A stretch of 63,359 nucleotides of DNA from a virus (taxonomy: Duplodnaviria > Caudoviricetes): the IMG/VR virus record IMGVR_UViG_3300023179_000108, positions 1-63,359 of that record, one strand, 5' to 3'. The position numbers were made by a program, and so were the translations under genes. Within the stretch, counting starts at the first letter, position 1. Every line of letters begins with the position of its first letter. The notes beneath the pieces are model-generated. The model searched no databases. It was given only the letters and a program-made list of their open reading frames with translations, and was not told the DNA's origin. Below are positions 59,338 through 63,359 of the stretch, in pieces.

Positions 59338-59711
59338 TGGAAAACGCCATCATAGGTCAATTCGTTTCTGCTTTAATGGCGTCTCGTACGCAAGCTCATA
59401 TTTATCATCTTCAAACACCATCGTTTGCTGCTCATAAAGCATTAAATGAATACTACGATAATATTGTAGATATAATTGATGGGTTAGTTGAATCATATCA
59501 AGGTAAATATGGTATCATTACTGGTTATAGTAATGTAGCCTTACAAGAATATCAAAGTTGTGATGGTATTATTGCTTATTTCACTACATTATGTATGTTT
59601 GTTGAAAAAACTAGATCAATGATAACCCAAGATTCATACATTCAAAATCAAGTTGACGAAGTAGTAGCTGAAATTAATTCTTTACTTTACAAATTAAAAT
59701 ATTTAAAATGA
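59337..59711 (+). CDS. ferritin/Dps-like four-helix protein
   Basis: [19 protein letters not shown]...DGLVESYQG. Confidence 0.8.
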   Translation: MENAIIGQFVSALMASRTQAHIYHLQTPSFAAHKALNEYYDNIVDIIDGLVESYQGKYGIITGYSNVALQEYQSCDGIIAYFTTLCMFVEKTRSMITQDSYIQNQVDEVVAEINSLLYKLKYLK

Positions 59712-60364
59712 TAAAATTACTTGACTTATTAGAGAAAAAAATGACTCCCGCTCAAAAGAAAAAGCGCGGGGAAATATTTGATAAACTCAAAGCATCAGGC
59801 ATGTCTGACGCTAAAGCAGGAGCTATTGCTACTTCTCGCGCTATGAGTGAAGATTTAGACCCTATAGGTCAAGAAGATGATGATATAAATAACGATGGTA
59901 AAGTTAATAAAACAGATAAATATTTAGCTGCTCGTCGTAAAGCAATATCTAAAGCAGTACAAAAAGAAAATCTAGATCCTGAAGAAATATGGTCTAATTT
60001 AAGTAATGAAAAAAGAGCAAAAATACTAAGAAAAGTAATTTATGGAGCAGAGAACATGCCTCTTTATAGATCATTAGCTGCAAACACGGCTACTTTAGAT
60101 AATCTATCTCCAAAAAATGTACAAAGCATATATAGCTATCTTATAAATAATACTTTAAATAAGTCTTTAAATGAAGGTGATCATGAAGTATCAATGGCCC
60201 AATCTAGTTTAAAAGCAATTGCTAAAGCAGCCCTTGAATTATCTCAAAAATTAGGAACAGTTGAACGTAACATACCTGGTTGGATTCAAGATCATATAGC
60301 TAAAGCTGAAAACTATATTGAGCAAGCAGCTCAAGGTTTTCATGAATTAAAAAACGATGAATAA
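59708..60364 (+). CDS. protein with MIKLLDLLE leader and EF-hand/dockerin-like loop
   Basis: [15 protein letters not shown]; internal MSE, QKE and LNE junctions. Confidence 0.7.
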   Translation: MIKLLDLLEKKMTPAQKKKRGEIFDKLKASGMSDAKAGAIATSRAMSEDLDPIGQEDDDINNDGKVNKTDKYLAARRKAISKAVQKENLDPEEIWSNLSNEKRAKILRKVIYGAENMPLYRSLAANTATLDNLSPKNVQSIYSYLINNTLNKSLNEGDHEVSMAQSSLKAIAKAALELSQKLGTVERNIPGWIQDHIAKAENYIEQAAQGFHELKNDE

Positions 60365-60878
60365 ACAATTATTATTAGAAAAATACATTAAAGTTGCTGT
60401 TCGCAAAGCTCTTGCTGAACAAGAAGAAAGAGAAAAGAAGGCAACTAAAGCTATGTATCTTGTATATCGCTTTCCCGGATTAAAGAAAGTTATGGAAGAT
60501 CTAATGTCTCCTACTTTTGGTCGTTTTATTAGCGATGTTAAAATAATAGCACCAAAACCAACTACGTTTACTGCTAAGTTAATAAACGAGCAAGATTTTA
60601 ATATTATATATGATGGTAAAAAGAATTTCACTGTTAAAGTAGCAGGGAAAAAATATAATATGCAAAACTTAGGCGAATTAGAAAGAGCACAACAAGCAAT
60701 CGCAAACGTGTTAGAATTAAATTATGCTATTGCTGAGGGAGAAGGTAAAGGAGCACCTGCTCCTGATGCTGGAGCCGAAGCATTTACTGCTACTTCAAGT
60801 GCTCCAGAAACAACACCAGCAGAAGAAACCCCACCAGCAGAAACACCAGCTGAAGAAACACCACCCGCTGAAGCCTAA
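60357..60878 (+). CDS. hypothetical protein with PAEETP-repeat tail
   Basis: ORF track. Confidence 0.75.
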   Translation: MNKQLLLEKYIKVAVRKALAEQEEREKKATKAMYLVYRFPGLKKVMEDLMSPTFGRFISDVKIIAPKPTTFTAKLINEQDFNIIYDGKKNFTVKVAGKKYNMQNLGELERAQQAIANVLELNYAIAEGEGKGAPAPDAGAEAFTATSSAPETTPAEETPPAETPAEETPPAEA

Positions 60879-60881
60879 ACA

Positions 60882-61946
60882 ATGACAGTTACTGATATAC
60901 TTACAGAATGGTCTTATAGATGCCCAGATGGTATAGTTGATTTAAAGGATCCTATTAAAATAAACATATTGAATGAAATACTAAAAGAAATAGGATTTCA
61001 AGAAACTATAGAAGAAGCTATGTCACCTAGAAAAGAAGCCATAGACATTTTAATAAGTAAATATAAAAATGAATTAGGCCCTCATAGTCGTCCTGGACGA
61101 ATAAAAAATATAGGTAATAAACTAACACCTGACGAATTCAAAAAAAGAATAGAAAATACAGATGTATTTAATAATCCTAAAGTAGAAAAAATAGACGCTG
61201 GCGATTCTAGAAATCCAAGCATGAGTAATCCTGCATTTAAATTTGAATATAAAGGTCAAAACATAATAATTGTTTTAGGAAGAGAAGCTCCTGGTCTAGA
61301 AGCTGAAAAGCAACAAGTAGATAAAATAAACAGTTTTATTCAAAGTATTGAAGGTGGAATAAATATAAAAATAAAGGATAAAATATACTATAATATCAAA
61401 TCAGCTAAACTTGATCTTAAAAATAAACACGCTGATATAATATTAGAAGGGGATGAAAATATTTATATTCAATATAAAGATGCCAACGAAGCAGATGAAT
61501 TTCAACAGTATTCTGGTATAGAAAAATTTAAAAGTGAAACTATTGTTAGGGACTTTATAGATGAAGTTCCTTCTAGCGGAGTAAAAAAAGGTGAAATGTA
61601 TAAAAGAAAAATTCCAAAAGGTAATTTATACAATCGGGGTATATTTGGAATTGGTAATTCTGAAGGAGATAAAGTTCAAATAGTATGTATAGGACCTATA
61701 CAAATAGAAAAAGAAGGTAATTATTACACTATAAAAGGAAGTACTGTTACTTTAATAGATGGAAGCCCAATTCCTGAAGATTATCAACCTTACTTAGGAG
61801 CAAGATATGCTTCTGATAGAAATCAAGAAGATAAAAGCCATACCCGATTTGGAATATACCCAGAAAAATATATTAAAAAGTTTAAAAATCCAACACAAGA
61901 AGAACCAACACTAGAAGAAATACTTTTTTCTTTAAGGGCAAAATAA
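60882..61946 (+). CDS. PD-(D/E)XK-like nuclease-fold protein with DILTEWSYR leader
   Basis: HADIIL...IYIQYKD. Confidence 0.5.
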   Translation: MTVTDILTEWSYRCPDGIVDLKDPIKINILNEILKEIGFQETIEEAMSPRKEAIDILISKYKNELGPHSRPGRIKNIGNKLTPDEFKKRIENTDVFNNPKVEKIDAGDSRNPSMSNPAFKFEYKGQNIIIVLGREAPGLEAEKQQVDKINSFIQSIEGGINIKIKDKIYYNIKSAKLDLKNKHADIILEGDENIYIQYKDANEADEFQQYSGIEKFKSETIVRDFIDEVPSSGVKKGEMYKRKIPKGNLYNRGIFGIGNSEGDKVQIVCIGPIQIEKEGNYYTIKGSTVTLIDGSPIPEDYQPYLGARYASDRNQEDKSHTRFGIYPEKYIKKFKNPTQEEPTLEEILFSLRAK

Positions 61947-63057
61947 ACTTCGTACTTTTAAAGCATGAATATATTTTATATCAACCACGATCCAATCTTG
62001 TAAGATGATTAAATTGATAGATATATTAAAAGAAGGAATATTTGGAGATTACTTGTTTGCAGATGAAAAATCTGGGGTAGAATATGGACTTTACGATAAA
62101 GAATTAGAAAAAGATACTCCTGAAGAATATAAACTATTTCAAGATTTAAAGTTATATGCTGCAGGCGGAGATTTTGAGGATATTAGTTTAGATAAACATG
62201 CTAGTTTATTAAAACAACTTAAAAAAGAATACCCTTCTTTTATTAAAACAAATTTATCTCCTGAAGATTACATATATAGAGGTACAGTTATTTTTAAAGA
62301 TAAATTAATTGATTTAATAAAAGAAAAAAAAATCATAAAAAATAAAGCATCTTATACTGTTTCTAATATTCCATACACTTCTAAAAAAATAATATCATCA
62401 TGGTCTTCTAATTTCTTTGCAGCTCATGATTTTGCTTATGAAACTCTTTTAAGAAAAAAAAATAATAACTTTATCCCTGCAGTTTTAAGAGTTAAAGTAA
62501 AAGAAGCAGATGTTTATTTTAAAGATGATTTTTTTGTAAAAATAAGTGATAATCAAGAATGGGAAGTTTTAAATATGAAACAACCTATAAATGTGGATAT
62601 GGTAATTCAAAGAAGAGATATCAATAATATAAAAATACGAGATAAAAATGAACTTTCTTTTGCAGAAGAATTAGCTATAAAAAGAATTAAAGATTATATA
62701 AAACAACCTGATTATTATTTATATATTAGTAATCTTCCTATTAATGAAATACCAAAAGAATTAAAGTTAGTAAAAGATGATTTTTTTGCTGATAATACTC
62801 CTATAAAATCATTACCTGATAATTTAGAAGTACAGGGAGATTTATATTTAAGATACTCTGCTATTAATATTTTACCTAAAAATCTAAAAGTTAAAGGAAA
62901 TTTAAATTTAGAAGGTACCCCTTTATCTAAAAAATATTCTCAAGAAGAACTAAAAAAATTACTTCCTGGTGTTGGAGGAGAAATTATAACTTAGAAGGCA
63001 AAATATTTTTTATACTTTTAAAGTATGAATATATTTTATATCAATCAAGACCCAATC
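61937..63057 (+). repeat. about 60-bp imperfect direct repeat (61937-61997 and 62997-63057): promoter plus first 11 codons of the glycosylase gene
   Basis: GGCAAAATA..TACTTTTAAAG(C/T)ATGAATATATTTTATATCAA(C/T)CA(C/A)GA(T/C)CCAATC occurs twice. Confidence 0.9.
62005..62994 (+). CDS. ADP-ribosyltransferase-like protein with MIKLIDILKE leader and C-terminal LRR-like repeats
   Basis: YIYRG...SSWS...EWE; IKSLPDNLEVQGDLYL and INILPKNLKVKGNLNL repeats. Confidence 0.7.
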   Translation: MIKLIDILKEGIFGDYLFADEKSGVEYGLYDKELEKDTPEEYKLFQDLKLYAAGGDFEDISLDKHASLLKQLKKEYPSFIKTNLSPEDYIYRGTVIFKDKLIDLIKEKKIIKNKASYTVSNIPYTSKKIISSWSSNFFAAHDFAYETLLRKKNNNFIPAVLRVKVKEADVYFKDDFFVKISDNQEWEVLNMKQPINVDMVIQRRDINNIKIRDKNELSFAEELAIKRIKDYIKQPDYYLYISNLPINEIPKELKLVKDDFFADNTPIKSLPDNLEVQGDLYLRYSAINILPKNLKVKGNLNLEGTPLSKKYSQEELKKLLPGVGGEIIT

Positions 63058-63359
63058 ATCGCAGCACAACAATTAGCCGATGACCACATTCGCAAAATGC
63101 AAATCGAATCAGCTCAAATGTGCTGTACAACACATTGGGCAGTAGGTTCACAAGCACCATATAAACGTGCTCATTTTAATCATCCCTCAACAATTTGGAC
63201 TCGCCAATCAATTCAACACTATCGTTGGCTTGTACAACATGGTCTTGAAATTTGTAATGAATTTACAAAACGTTATGGTAAACACCATAAAACACAAAAT
63301 GTACTTGAATGGTGTCGTGACAATGAACCTAATATACCTGATAATGGATTTACTCCTCC
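63025..63359 (+). CDS. pyrimidine-dimer DNA glycosylase-family protein (3'-truncated; not in ORF track)
   Basis: MNIFYINQDPIIAAQQLADDHIRKMQIESAQMCCT...PYKRAHFNHPSTIWTR...EFTKRYGKHH. Confidence 0.85.
   Translation, partial: MNIFYINQDPIIAAQQLADDHIRKMQIESAQMCCTTHWAVGSQAPYKRAHFNHPSTIWTRQSIQHYRWLVQHGLEICNEFTKRYGKHHKTQNVLEWCRDNEPNIPDNGFTP

Larger units (their letters stand above)
559..63020 (+). promoter_or_regulatory. Dispersed early/middle-type promoter motif GGCAAAA-N8/9-TAnnTTTA (about 30 copies)
   Basis: Copies start near 559, 2673, 3428, 6628, 10312, 14971, 17639, 18744, 19900, 20761, 21425, 22094, 23595, 24057, 24452, 24901, 25212, 26712, 26962, 27261, 27597, 27844, 28530, 29250, 29556, 29835, 30139, 30328, 30545, 30871, 31003, 31423, 31598, 50279, 61937, 62997. 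Each lies just upstream of a gene start. The downstream box resembles the Bacteroidota -7 element TAnnTTTG. Confidence 0.85.

Noticed and set aside
1826-60631. Short ORFs antisense to or nested in real genes (for example 1826..2035, 8396..8719, 9461..9712, 25244..25540, 43502..43738, 53972..54259, 60347..60631)
   Set aside because: Shadow frames of well-supported genes with no promoter motif or recognisable protein features
1-63359. Stop-codon reassignment as in some Bacteroidota phages
   Set aside because: Long genes are intact in code 11, and TAG and TGA end genes at sensible junctions (for example ATGA overlaps)
1-63359. Retron, diversity-generating retroelement or integrase-based prophage
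   Set aside because: No reverse transcriptase, integrase or adenine-specific template/variable repeat pair was recognised in this window

Overview
AT-rich fragment of a large lytic tailed phage with a contractile-tail (myovirus-type) baseplate. The host is most probably a member of the Bacteroidota, based on a DUF4494 homologue, A-rich ribosome-binding regions without Shine-Dalgarno sequences, and a tmRNA tag ending in YAVAA. Standard code 11 is used and almost everything is on the + strand. Layout: (1) 1-6.9 kb: tRNA/tmRNA cluster with HNH genes, a GH19 endolysin, a GH73 hydrolase, a secreted nuclease and membrane/lipoproteins; (2) 7-31.8 kb: hyperplastic early-type region of small ORFs including thyA, a glycosyltransferase, a metallophosphoesterase, DUF932 and AT-hook proteins, punctuated by about 30 copies of a GGCAAAA-N8/9-TAnnTTTA promoter-like motif; (3) about 31.85-32.17 kb: non-coding boundary; (4) 32-49 kb: sigma factor plus baseplate/tail genes preceded by an ATATTTAT motif; (5) 49-63 kb: primase and nucleases, GT2/LpxH-like pair, amidase, and a set of proteins with a shared MIKLxDILKE-type leader, including two ADP-ribosyltransferase-like paralogues. 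The most striking unexplained signal is a family of tRNA-shelled elements (6 complete, 2 partial). They have a conserved acceptor stem, D-arm and T-arm, but unrelated structured inserts in place of the anticodon arm, and they are interspersed with micro-ORFs. All protein calls are from motif recognition by eye; no searches were run.
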